Positions 12,642-26,100 of a stretch of 64,000 nt of DNA are shown here, piece by piece. The translations under genes and the position numbers were made by a program. The notes below the pieces were generated by a model. The model saw only the letters and a list, made by a program, of their open reading frames with translations, searched no databases and was not told the DNA's origin. How positions within the stretch are numbered: position 1 is the stretch's first letter; every line of letters begins with the position of its first letter. The DNA comes from Tubiluchus corallicola (lineage: Eukaryota > Animalia > Priapulida). The stretch lies in the NCBI GenBank assembly GCA_030141605.1, contig JAQGDQ010000382.1, positions 159,462 to 223,461 of the forward strand, written 5' to 3'.

Positions 12642-15600
12642 TTATAAATAAGCATGTAATTATATTTAGAAACCAGTTTTCACAAAAGACACAAGACTAA
12701 TCCATAATATGCAACCATTTTATAAGAATGCAGAACAATCAACTAAACATGCATTTCGCCAACGATCTACAAGTGATTTTGCATGGGAACGTGAGATACA
12801 GTACACTACCACATTGTGGAATGCATCTGGCTTCAGATACTGATTGGTTGGTCAGCGGCTGTTAAGCATTTCTACAATGTTTTAGCAGTGAAATAAACAG
12901 CCCTGAGTGACTGTGCTTAGTGCTGAGCTTGGGTCGGCAGTCTACCGCCTTCTGTCGCTCGCATGAAAAACATAGGCGGCAGTGTGCCGCCTTCCGTAGT
13001 GAAAACGTTAAGAGACAAAGACCCCTTGATATGCCACAACCACAAATAAAAGACTTACAGCTTTGTCAAGGAACATCGTGTCTTTGGAAAGATGGTAGGC
13101 GCTCAGTAGACCGCCTAAAACTCGTATAGAAACTTCAAATAAATTGACATCCTTGCGTGTCTGCAAGTTTAGTTTGTTGTCTACCCAATCACGGGCTTCA
13201 TTGAATTCTGAATGAAAAAAAAAATTGGCTGTTAAAATAACTGAGTGAGTGTGGTGGTCTTTGAAGATCTGCCAGGTTGCTTAAATCATTCTGTAAACAT
13301 TACAGTGGATATTCCTGTTTATTAAAACTTTACAACATTAGAGGTGTCCACTAATCATTTGAGCAAATCCACAATAGTCATGCTTTACTGACCACCATTC
13401 TAACAAGTTTAAGCCTGGTTAAACAACGTCTGATCTTTTCATTATCAGCATCCTTTTATCATGGCATAAGTGCAGCACTTAAAGGTCAAATAATCTTAGT
13501 TACCATTCTGAAGACCCATAATGTACATCGTATCCAGAGAATCTATAATTGTTAAGCCGAGTCCAAACCATTCGTGAAATGTCCTAGTGATCGGCTTTAA
13601 CTGATCGTGGCCCCAGGCATATTTTCTATAGGCACTCCAGGCATGAAGAAAAGCATCAACTATTGCCTTCTGTCTTGCATTCTGAGGTCCTGTAATAATG
13701 TGCAAGGCAAAAGTTTCAGCATAATTGCCATTCAACATTCATCTGCAGGCTGAATTTGAGAAAACTTTATTTATTGTGAATTTGTGTCTTATTAAATTGT
13801 AAGATGTGAATACAGTGATTGTCAAAGCAGCTCAATAAGTTCACATATTTAAAAGACACGCAAAAGTGTAATAATCATGTGAATTCTTGTCTCTTACAAA
13901 ATTTCATAGCTTATTGGGTGTTAATTCTGTGAGTTGATTTTTAAAGTGTTAGTTATGCATAACGTATTAGACTTATACAAACGCGAAATTAAAAACATTT
14001 TGTCGCATATTTGCCGAACATCTTTGCCGAGCAAATTTTAGTCTTTGATTTTTAATGTTAGCAACCTTAATAAATATGGAATGAACAGCTGCAGGCTTGT
14101 GACTCGGTCTCTGAATTTATGACCACATGTAGTTTTAGGAATTGGTTATGACCATTATGCAGATGCCAGTGCTACTGCACAATAAATATGGGTATCACAT
14201 GCTTGTCATACACCTTGTAAGCGCTTTGCAAAACAGTAGTAACGGCGTGATACAATGCAGCTACTGTAGTTTATCACAAATTGAACGTATTAGGTAATAC
14301 TGTTGCTTCAGAAAAGTTTAATCAACATGCGTCATATGTAAAACAGAGAACTCAAATTAGGCCAACTATATCACAGATCAAATCTGACAAAGTTTAAAAC
14401 AACCCACAACCCGCAGTTACAGCAATCACCGTTTTTTCACGTCTTAAAAGGGTATATGGACCTTTGTTCTACAATGCTGCTTTCAGTTCTGCTAGCAATG
14501 AAGTTAGTATGCAAGCTTGTGTTCTTACCAGCAAACTTTAGAGGTTCTCCTCCATCTTTGTGCAAGTGGCCAACTTCTTCATCCCCGTCTTTATCTATCA
14601 CATTAGATTTATGATTTGTGTGGTGATCCTTGGACTGATCACGTTCCTAAAAGTGTTTATAAAATACTCATTTATGTCATTTAAACAGCATTACTTTATG
14701 TATACCAATTATGAATAGTGCTTTATGAAATGTGAAGCTATGAAAAAAGGGCAAACAGTTTTATTTTATGTAGAACCTTTGCTCCTTTTCACAGCTGCAC
14801 ACTTCGTAAAGCACTATTTGAACACAAAATAATCTAGCAGCATTAAACTTATTGTTAAGTTTATCTTTCAATTAAAAACTTAAACGCTAATTTGTACGCA
14901 CACAGATTTGGATTATTAGCTATGTGAGATTTCAAAACATTGGTGGGAAAGAAAAACAAATGCTAACCAAATAATTACATGCTACTAAGATTAATCTAAA
15001 TTACATGTATGAAATAACAATATGAAATTACCCCATGTTTCTTTCCTTCACGAACATCAGGCGCTTCAGGTGGCTTAGGTTGCTGTACCTGGTGTAAATC
15101 TGGTGCAATGTCATTATCAGCAAAATTCACTGGCTTTTCCAGGACAGACGGTGCATTTTTTTCTTCCTCGTCTTTCTGAGCCTGTCTCCGTTTATCCTTA
15201 TAAGGAAATGAAATAAACAATATTTAAAAAAAATTTCATCAAGTGACTGTGCAGTGCATCCACACCTCTGAAGCACTTAAAAAGTCACAAAAGCAGCAGC
15301 AGTAAAGGAATCTGTAATCAAATTGACGTGCAACTCTTTCAATCATCTGGTGTATGTGTATGCTTGCGTTCGCACTACACAGGGTATAATTATGCAGCAT
15401 ATATTTTATTACAGATTACCATATTTATGCATTCTGTGAATTAATGAAAATATACAGTTAATAAACAAAAAAATGCCAAAAAGTTTGAAACAGTTTGTCA
15501 TAGTATTAAAAATAACAAAAACTGTAGAAACTTTCATGTACGAAATCATGGTATAAAGATAACTATATAAATAAAATATAAGAAGAGGATTATCATGTTC

Positions 15601-16833
15601 AGTTCCTGCCACAAACAAACATAATAAACAGGCTTTGACACAGATTTCTGAATAGTTAGTTGCAGTCTTTCAAATTAAATAACTAAATTAAATAAAAAAT
15701 AACCTAAACTTGTAATCTGAAATCTAGAATATCAAGACCTAAGCTAAATAGTTCAAAACTTGAAATGTTTACCAAAAACTCTTGTACTGCTTGAACCCTA
15801 TTCCTTTGATCTTGACTCTTTTTTGAAACGTTTACATCAAAGGGATAAACATTACTTTCCTTAGACTCTTCTCCACTGTCAGTTGACATCCATGCTGCAA
15901 TAATTCATAAGTTATTAAAGTTACATTTAAAAAATTACAATTAATCTACAAGCCAAAATGTAAATTTACACAAGTCACACTTATCTATTCTACTTTGGTT
16001 AAATGGTTTTATGCTACCCGAGCAAGTAGCTTAACACTTACCTTTCGAATATGTAACAGCAAAACTGTGGTTCACTGTACATGTGTTGAATAAAATCATT
16101 TTTAAGTACGATAAGTACCATAAAACACTTACTGAAATAAAGGCATGCTGTGAGCGTCACCAGTACAATGACAATTAGTATCAAGTTCTTCTGTAACCGA
16201 GACAATCTATTCCAGCTCTGCAAAAGTACATTTGTTAGGCTTAATATGATGTCAAGCCCGTCACTAAAACAATACCATCATAAACTGATATTGGGAAGAC
16301 TAGCACACTGAGCATGTTCTGAAAAGACACTATAGGCTAGGCACAACATGAGTTGCCAAGTAAGAAAGTGATTAACTGATTGATTGATTAGTTTATTTGT
16401 CTCACTCCAAATACATATTTACTATTTTAGTTACACACAGTTCATTATAATTGCATTGAGATGGGGTGGAGAGCCAGACTACAAATCCAACTGGTTTAGA
16501 TTTTCTAACTAAGTTGTAAAAAATTATTAGTAATCATACATTCAAGGAGATAAAGACAAACCATTAAAAAGCCAAGGTCTAAGCTAAAAGTAAATTAGTC
16601 TGAAGCGAGTTAAGTAACATAAGTTTTAAATCAAAGCTTGATAAAGCCTGTTGTTCATGGTAATGCATGTACAGTTTTCAGCACTACACTGTTCATAACA
16701 GTTTTGCAACACTTACCCTAAACAGAGATTGTTTTTGTCCATGTTTACTGCTACCTGAACCCTGATAATAATCATCGCTAACTACACCAACTGTTATAAA
16801 ATCCCTTTTATCATGCCTGTGCGCATCAAACAT
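8493..16833 (-). CDS. MAN1B1: ER mannosyl-oligosaccharide 1,2-alpha-mannosidase (GH47, type II membrane protein), about 658 aa, 12 coding exons
   Basis: Minus-strand exons 16833-16717, 16217-16133, 15894-15773, 15196-15032, 14646-14529, 13689-13504, 13207-13059, 12176-11988, 11548-11361, 11122-10999, 10662-10462, 8825-8493 join in frame (1977 nt). GH47 motifs: [85 protein letters not shown]-terminal RDFITV and [13 protein letters not shown] followed by a TM helix are characteristic of the MAN1B1 subfamily. Confidence 0.95.
12395..13011. mobile_element. piggyBac-like MITE in a MAN1B1 intron, containing a (CACG)n(CA)n microsatellite
   Basis: TTAA|CCCTTTCACTA...TAGTGAAAACG|TTAA; sub-terminal palindrome GGCGGCAGTGTGCCGCC. 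A similar left end TTAACCATTTCACTG occurs at 44110. Confidence 0.6.
12570..12640. repeat. (CACG)n(CA)n microsatellite
   Basis: Direct reading. Confidence 0.95.
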
Positions 16834-16980
16834 ATCAAAATTGCGTTGACACCCTAAAAGGCTAAATAAATTGATTACACGATTTAAGCTCTCACTGCCT
16901 TAAGATTAAGCTGTACTGCGCCTCTGCACCAAAATTATTTTAAGTTAATTTCATAGTTTACTCAGTTTAACTCAGTTACT

Positions 16981-17030
16981 AGGCCAAGCGGAAGTGCCGT
17001 GGAGCACCTATTGTTAACAAGCGGAAGCAT
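16981..17030. promoter_or_regulatory. Putative MAN1B1 proximal promoter with two ETS-type GCGGAAG motifs
   Basis: GCGGAAGT at 16988 and GCGGAAGC at 17021, about 160-190 bp upstream of the MAN1B1 ATG. Motif match only. Confidence 0.35.
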
Positions 17031-17486
17031 TCACACAGGCTAGTAATCACAGCCTAGTGCTTGTAATTTTTCTTAGCACACAAGTTATAACTTTATTATT
17101 TTTTATTTGTTAAAAAATTTGTAACCAACAGCACGACAAAGCACCTGCAATGTATACTTCAATAGTTTGCATGGCAAGCCATTTAAAATAAAATTTAATG
17201 TTTTCAGCGGATGAATACAAAATATTGCGATAAGTGATCACGACTACAGCGACACAGCGATAGTAGAGTGAAACTATAACGTGGTTAATTTGGTTTTCTG
17301 AAGTTTTAGCGAAATATCTCGTTTGGAAAGATAGCATTTTCTGAAAAATTCACTTGTACAATAATTTTCTTATCTCCGCATAGTAAGTTTAATATATGCA
17401 AGGCCAAGTTTCTATATGTTTAAAATTTATTGGAAAAAACTACAATAGTTGCTACGTTTAGTCGCATGTTGACAGTGACATTGCCA

Positions 17487-17578
17487 AGCAACTAACATAA
17501 TCCCTAAATACAACTGATGGGGGGGGGGGTTAGCAACTAACATAATCCCTAAATACAACTGATGGGGGGGGGTTAGCA
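17487..17578. repeat. Local tandem duplication of about 45 bp ending in poly-G
   Basis: AGCAACTAACATAATCCCTAAATACAACTGAT(G)nTT occurs twice. Confidence 0.9.
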
Positions 17579-20189
17579 TATTATGCTATTGATACCTTTA
17601 CTTTTCTGAGCGTACTGTAAAAAACTAAGAATTTGTGAAGGCACCACCAGTGGAGGGCATCATATCATAGCTAAGTTTTGCTGCTACCAAGAGGGCCTAT
17701 TATTATTAAGATCCATGTATTTTTCTGGGTGATTTTGCTAGTGTTTATCCAAACGAGCATTAAATTGAGCTAAACTGGTTGACTCGACTACATGAGGTGT
17801 AAGGTTATTCCAGATGTTAACTACTCCGTGGATCGGTAATACCGTGAATACGCTCGATCCTCTTCACCACCAGTGGCGAGCAAACAGACATCAATAAAAA
17901 GTGTCTGTTTGCGAGATCAACAACATGATCAACTTGTTTTATAAATCACACCAAATAACTTTTACGTCAATTTACCTTTACTGTTGTCTTTAATTATATT
18001 TTTAGTTTCAACAGCTCGTTAACATGCATCCTAGTCAGTATGTTATCCAGTCCGGTGCTGAGAAGTAATAAATGTCCAGAAAGTCGAGAAAGTCGGATAA
18101 CTGGACTTACTTAGTTTTACTTAAGCAAGAGCTTGCCATATTGTGAATTAACTTTGAATCTCAAACCAGTTGAAAATTCCCAACTTTAACGGTTTCATTA
18201 GCCAAAAGCTCGTTTTAATCTCTGGCGTTGATATTATTATGACAGCTAAGTGCACTTTTGCACTTCTTGACTATGTGCTGCACTCCCAGACAATTTTTTT
18301 CGCATAGTCTGTGCAAAATGAGCGGGTCAGTGCTTCTCTGCTTGGTATTATTCGTGCTAATGTAGTTGACGTTACAACTGTCACAGATTTCCTAATTAGA
18401 CCATTTTTTTGTTAATTGTTCTTCAAAAAAGGTAAAAAGATTCTTAGAGCAAAAGAAAGAAAAAAACAAGAGAGGTGGGCATGCGGGAAACATATCAATA
18501 CACTTTGTATCAGTATAGTATTAAGGTTAAAATGGACAAAACAATGTATTGCAGTTTTTGTTATCTAGTCCAGATAACCCTGATCTTACTGTATTTAGTT
18601 GAGAAATTTTGTGATGTTAATTATTGTTGATTTTACTATTGCCAACATTTCCAGTTTTTAACATGTAAGTGCATTCCCCCTATTCATTGTGCCATAATGA
18701 AGTAACACACAGCCTTGAGCCTGTGATAAACAGTTCCTCCCTTGAGCATGCTTACTGAGAGATAGCCTAATCATCAGTCTTCTATGTAGCAAGCTGATGA
18801 AATTCAACTGTTAACACCACTGTATTGTACATAGCCGCTATTTTTGTGTTATGGTAAGGCGTTTATTTTTCTTCATTTCTGTGGTTTGTGCAGCTGATGT
18901 TCTGACCAGTGTTTGAGCCTTTCCAATTATGGCTTTAGCATTAGGTTTTTTGCCAGCAAAGTGATGCTGGGTAGTGTTTGGATAAAATTGTACAAAATTG
19001 CAATAAAATGATAAGTATCTATACAATTCACTAAAAGGGTCATATGTGCATAAACATACAATAATATTGTCAGACCAGATTGTTCTCAGCACTGACTATT
19101 TACAATATTACTAAGCAGCTATAGGCATTCTGTAATTGAACAATTCTATTGCGCATATTGTAAATATTATAGTGTGTTGCAGCAAACATTGTAATATAGT
19201 AATATTATTGTATATGTATGGGTCTACTAAGATTTTGCATTTTTCGTTTATTAGATTAGCTAGATGAGAAAAGCTTGGCACCTATAATGGAGCAGGTTAA
19301 TGGGAAAGCACAGAGATGTTCTGTCTAGGTAAGACATTACAATAATATTTAAAGAATACGTAGCTGCATGGGCCTACTTATTTATCGCTCTGAATATAGG
19401 TAGCTTTGTCATACCAGTGGTGTATACAGTCCTTGCATGACTGGATTAGTAAATTACAACAAGGTGCGGTGTTAAGTGAAATATTGTTAAGTGCAAGTCA
19501 CGTCTGTTGCAGAATGCAAATTGAATAATCATGAGCCTGACTTATATGTAGTGTAGGTATGCATGTTGATTGCTGTTTTAATTTTATTTTGCATGTCAAA
19601 TGGAAGCACCTGTAAAGCAGTTGCAGTTTTTGTGACTAGTGATCATGACTTAAAAAATTCTGTAGCTGTCTTGGCGGTGAACTTATTACAATGACGCACC
19701 ACGTCTGCTGACATTACAGAGTTTTCTTTACTCTGTGAGCTTGGACCGGTGTGCAACACAGGCCCATGCGAATGTAGCTCATTAGCAAGATAGTCCTCTA
19801 AGATGAAATGCTAAACCAACAGAGGTGCCTTGACTACCTTCAGATGTGTATCAATTCCCTTAAACAATATCTGCTGATAGCAGTGTAGTAGTTTTCTAGC
19901 TTGTTACTGACCAATCCATTTACTGACCAGTGACTAAGTTCTGCATTGCTTCAATCTTGCTGCTAGCTATGTGTTGCGACAATGTATTCTTTATTGTAAT
20001 TTAGCATTTTCCAATGCAAGTTGAATAATTTCATTTATTTGCTTAAGTGAGAAAATTGGTCCAAGAATTCAATGTCGTTAAAATGAAGTATGTAAGTACT
20101 TACTGTACCTGATACTGTGCTTCTACGGATTTTCTTTGCTAATACTGAACATTGATTTGTTTGACTTTCCAGGCACATGTTTGCCAGAA

Positions 20190-23100
20190 ATGAGTAAAGA
20201 TCACATCCTTCCTTATGGATGGAAGCAGCAGATTTCAAAAAAATTTCCCGGGAGAGTTTATTACTTCAATATTCATACTGGTACCTCTGTCTGGAATCTT
20301 AGTGATTTGTTTCAAATTGAAAGTGAAACAGGATCTGGGGTAAGAGAATCTTTGATTCTTAAGTTTGACTTAAATGTCATTACGTGTGCAAGTAAACAAG
20401 TGCATGTGCACATAACAAAAAAAACTGACCGTAAAACAGAGCACAAAGGATTCATAATTTTTCAATATTTTCACAAGAAATTAGTTAGCTGACGAAGGAG
20501 AGCTGATTTTTATGATTCATTGTTATCATCTCAGATCTTTTTCTGAGTGTACAGTTTAGGCACCTAGCAGAAATTTCTATAATAACATAGTCATTAATTT
20601 GTAGATCACGAAATTATTACTGCTGGATATAAGAGCTTTTAAGTTCATTGTGAGCTTACAATATTTTTGCAGCTATTGTTGTAAACAACAAAAACCTTAC
20701 ATGTCTAAGAGATTATAAAGTAAGACATGTTAAAGGACGAGAAAAGGGGTACCTGAAGTAGGTTTCAGAAAAAATCGCCTTAAAAATTTATATTACTTTT
20801 ACAGCAATTTTATGCACATGTCGTACTCGCATTGAAAGGAATTTTAGTATGTTTTCATTTTAAATCTCCCGTAATACTGTTCCGACAGCGCCATTACATG
20901 ACGTCACTTACAGCGTAAATTAGGGGAAGAAAAGGCAATGTTAAATTATATCCCAAAAACTTTCCATGCAAATCTATATTACTTAGCATTTCACTTACCT
21001 GCTGGGAAGACTTACGTAAGGAGAAGAATGTGTTCACCAATTGGAAAATCTCACCCTCCAGGGTTCACCATCCACTAACCAAAAATGTATTTTTAATCTT
21101 ATTGACAAGATACAGTAATTTAAAATTTTACTCAGTTAGCGATGTGTGCACTGCGAATGCTCTGATTATTTTTTCAAACTTTACTCAGTGCTATTTAAAC
21201 TTGTTTCAAATGACCTGTCGTCAAAATGGCTGCGTTTAACGGTCATTGCGGGAGTTTAAATTTTCATATTTTATACAGCGTGACTGCCGATTGAAGTCCT
21301 GCATGCAAAATAGCTATATATAAGTGATATAAATTTTCAAGACGAATTTTTTAAGCTCTTGTGCTTTAAACATACAGTACATTCCACTCTTGATTCTCAA
21401 GACATCTTTAAAGCTTCTTACTTGTATTTGTTGCTCCTCTGCCGGAATGCCTTTTCTCCAGCTAGTTTTCCTATAGGTAATAATGATCCAATAATTCTCA
21501 ACAGTTCATCAGAACAATTTTTACACCCGTCAGATAATAACATCTTTTATTTTGTTTGCCTTGCCCTCACTGACCTGCCTAAACCTTCTCAGCCAAAGGA
21601 ATCACCTCATGTTAGGTTTATGAATTTAAATTAGTTGACTTCACCCTTGGTTTAATAATTTTGAGCTTAATAGTGTCTAATTACCGTCGAGTTGAATTTA
21701 ATGATGTCACTAATACCTGCTCTATCTTTGTTTCTATTTTGACTAGTCAATTACTTGCTGTTGATGGTACTGTTATGCTCAAAAATCATGTTAACATTTA
21801 TACATATTAAACTAAGAATGAGAATTATGACAGTATGTCAAGAATGCTTTATTTATTTTGCAGTGTTTTGTAGGCTTTTTGTATAATTTTATCTGTAATG
21901 CTGTTGGCTTTTCCTTTTCCTCAACGTCAGTTTTTATGCCACTATAATTTTATTTTAATGTGATAAATAAGCCAAGCATGATGTTCTCTGATAGTGCCAA
22001 GGATTTCTGTAAATATTACTGCAATATTAAATGCATATTTCACTAAGATGTTATATAGCTATTTCTGGTATTAATACAATTTTTATTTAAAGGCTGATAT
22101 TAATACAATTACTAATACATTGATACAATTACTAAGGGCATTTACTATTACAAATTTCTCAAAGTAGACAGTGCTTATATTTTTTTCTTTTTTATAGGAA
22201 GGCAATCATGAAATTTTGAATCCTACTTCGAGTTGTACAGCTTCTCGAGCAAGCTGTTCGTCTTCTTCAGATAGGTCAGACGTTCATATTTCTGAAAATT
22301 CTTTGTACAATATGATTGGTTTTGTGCATTCTCATCGTATCAATTCAGGTGGGTCGAGTGATCGAAATTCTCGGAACCCCGTCGGCAGTACATTAGGATT
22401 TGTGCATTGTCATCGTAGCAACAGTGACGATCTGGGTTCAGCTTCTACCTCAAGTAGTCAGCTTTCTTCCAAAGGTCACATTCGTTCCTTGGCGAGTCTT
22501 TCAGATTTGTCCCAAGTTCCCAAGCAGTTGGCTGTTGCACAACCACCACAGAGTCTTAGAACTAAAAAAATAAGTGTGTCACAAACAAGTGGAAACGCAC
22601 ACAAAAAAAGAAGTTTGGACAGCTGTAGCGTGTCGGCGACTTCTAGTGGGCAGTCTTCACCAGCAACTCGTGAATGCAGAAAACGGGTGAAAAAAGGACA
22701 GAGTAAGGTGCCTTTTGAGTCAGTTAATAACGCAATTAAATGGGTTGGAAAACCTGTAAGAGCAATTTCATTTACAGATAATGTCAAACAATTTGAAGGT
22801 TTTGGACAAAGGCAACAGCAAAGTGCTGCTTCAAAGTTTCACTCTGCAGCAAATGCCTCTTTAGGATCAGAAAAATTCACAAATGCAATTCAGAAAGCCT
22901 TGTTAAACAGACAAATAAAATGTGAACAGGCTGTGCCACTGATGAATGTGAAGATTCCGCCAAAAGCCAATCAAATGACTCCATTAATGAAAGCGAAAAC
23001 CAATGTAAAGCCTAAGAAAATAATGCCGTTAATCAATGACAACACCGACAAGCTACCCAAAGATGAAAAAGTTGTTGTGCAAAACCGAAAGCCATGGTAC

Positions 23101-26100
23101 CTAAATTCTAACGCTGTAAATAGCAAGGCACAGATAGTGGGGTGTAGTAATCTACCAAAAACGCCAAGAAACGAACTAGTTTACATACCAAAAAATGGCA
23201 ATGTGAATTTGACAACACGATTATCAACTTCTCTCAAAGACTTGCCAGCGAGAAATTTACCGTGTCATTCTAAGGCTGTTCAATGTTTTTCAAAAGATGT
23301 GTCTTCTCGGGTGCCTTCTAAGAATGCGTGTAAACGAACTCCTGATACTGACTTTACTTTTAGCTTAAGTGACGACCAGCCTGTGGTGAAAGCAAAAGCC
23401 AGTTGCAAAGCTATAGTGACAAAACAGCCGTCTGTACACAAACGTAATTGTGATAACAGTACTTTACGTAGGAAAGCACCAGCTTCTACCACAGGTTCTG
23501 TACAAAGTGATTCAGAATCCAAGAAAGCAAATGTTTGCAATGTGAGCCAATCATTGAAAAGTAGGAACATTGAGCAGTTTAGTAAAACGAAAGATTGTAG
23601 AACTGACACCACAAGTAGTGCGAGCGACAAACTTCTAGAGGCTATTAGCAAGCCTGCTAAGGGATTTGTTACTAACACTCAGCATGACCTGCCCAGATCA
23701 ACAAAAGAGCAATCTGATAATGCACCTAGCGTGGTGAGCCACACGAGTTCAGAAACTGCACAACACACGCCGAGATTGAATTACAAAGATGTAGAAACTT
23801 GGATAACCAGCCTACCTGATAACAAAAGTAACCATATTGAAGAAGAAGAAATGGATTATGAACAGATTCAAGAAAATCAGACAAGCAACCAGTTTTCTGG
23901 CATTTATGCAGCTGGTGAGTAAGATAACTTTTTAATTTTTGCAAAATAATTGCAACTGAAGCTTGAAGGATAACTGAAAGCTTTCTGCAGAAAGTAAAAA
24001 GTTTATTTATTAAACATCCTAATTCAAAGTAATTACTAATTAACTTATCACATATTTAAGGCACACTTGCAACTCCATACAGCACTATAGTTAAAATTGT
24101 GAATATATTTTTTGTTTCTATATTTTTATTGTTTAACATGGCACAAAGCTGCCTTCTATGTGAACAAAACTGCTTGAGTGGTGCATTTCTAGAGCAGTTG
24201 ATCTGTTGCAGTAATGTGGTCAAATCCTCGCCAGTGTGTATGTTCATTCTAGAGACGTGACATTTTTGCACTTGTGTGAATGACTGTTTATTGGGAATCC
24301 ATTGTCAAGTTAGTAGTGACTTCCAAAATAGTACAGCTTATTATATATTTGTAAAAGATATGCCCTAAATTTACAATTATTCATTTTAAAAGCAGAAGTG
24401 CTGATACGGTAAAACAAACAAAAAAGAATGGCCCATCAGAATTTATTTTTCTGGAAACCAATGTAACTGTAGAAGAAAAGAGATGCGCGTGTCCATCTAC
24501 TTTGAATGCAGTAGCATTTTTATTCAAAAACGATTTCGGCAGGTGGTGAAATGGTGCAAATTATGAGCTGTTTCTCGTTACTTGTGTGTCATCTCCTCAT
24601 TCAAGAGGTTGAAAATAATCATTACTGCATGTGTCAAGCAATTCAATCTGACACTGAGAATATTTAAAGAATTTGTTTGAGAGGGTTGTCTTTGTATTTA
24701 GACTTTAGAGTTTATTTTCCTCTTTTTGGGACAGCACAATATCAGATGTAATATTTTTGTCATAGATTCATGGGTCACTGCTGGTATCCAGGATGTGCCA
24801 ATGGACATAGGAATGACAAGCGTGGAGCACGGTCATCTCATTGAAAATGTAAGCAAAATCATACTGTTGCATTTTGTGCTGGTAGTACAAAAAACTTCAA
24901 TTTAATCAATTAAATTTAGATATTTATTTTGCTGCTAAATGATGCATGGATTTCTTACGTATCTTGCCTTTGTTTGCAAATGTATAAAATTATTTGTTGT
25001 TAGAGCATCAGGAAGCATGGCAGTGCCACATGTTATTGATGAAAGTGTTGTCAGAGTTACTCAATTTTTATGTGGATTTCAAATGTTTTAAAATTTATGA
25101 TAATACAGTCAATGAACATTCTTCATTTCCAAACGTAAAACAGATCTTATTGCCAGCTAACAGCAGTCTTGTCTAGTATTTGTGACTACTTAAGCAAGCT
25201 ACACGCAGTCTTACATCTAAATGTAGTAAAATCGTGACACTTTGCACAGCTAAGTTCTTGGCCAAACTTCTCTCTGATGCAAAAATATTCATTGAGGGTT
25301 GTCAGTAACAGTGGATACTGGATAAAGTCACAAAGCTTGTTATGTCAGTTCATTCTTCTGTCATATCAATTTTTGTTTCTAGTTTAATTGAGACTAAATT
25401 ATTGAACTGGCTGAAATTATTCACACTGAGAAGTGTTAACATTTTTTGCAGCTGCAGAGGGTGAGAAAGCAAGTTCAAAATACTGCAGATAGCAATGGAA
25501 GTAGTGAGTTGACCAGCCTTCAGCTTCCAGCTGCTAATACGACACCTGTGAAACATGACGGCAGTGCTAACCTTTTCGTTATTCTTGACACAAACGTTTT
25601 GGTGTCCCACATGAAATTTATAAATGAACTGAAGGATATGTATATCAAAGGTTTGTATTAGAGTTGAGACGGTTAGGCTTTTTAACTGACTTGACCAGTT
25701 AACTGTTATACATATGAGAAAATATTGAATACACATGACTTTCACGAGTAAACGGTTCGGTTCAAATGTAGCATGCGCCAGTGAGATTGTCCAACATGAC
25801 GGCATCCTCGTAACGTATGCGAGTGAAATTTTTTTGCAATTTACCGTTTAGATGCTTCTTAGGCAACCAGATTAATATTTAGAGTGTTGTAAATAGTACA
25901 ATTTTATGTAAGTGGGACATTGCTAACTGCATACGCCAACTCACAATAAATGCAAGGTTTCATTAATACGGCTATCTATAAAACTTGCCTGAGTGACGGT
26001 TAAGCGGTTAGTGATTTTCTAAATGGATAACCCAGTTAGCTGTTGGTTAAATGGCTAACGGTCTCGGTCTGCGGACTTTGGCAGCCTCGAGGTATTTTAC

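Noticed and set aside
17596-17660. Alternative first coding exon for MAN1B1
   Set aside because: In-frame stops; the 16833-16717 exon supplies an ATG, the conserved RDFITV motif and the correct phase.
22476-23944. Antisense ORFs of 103, 132 and 72 aa
   Set aside because: Shadows of the large SWT1 exon, with no recognisable motifs.
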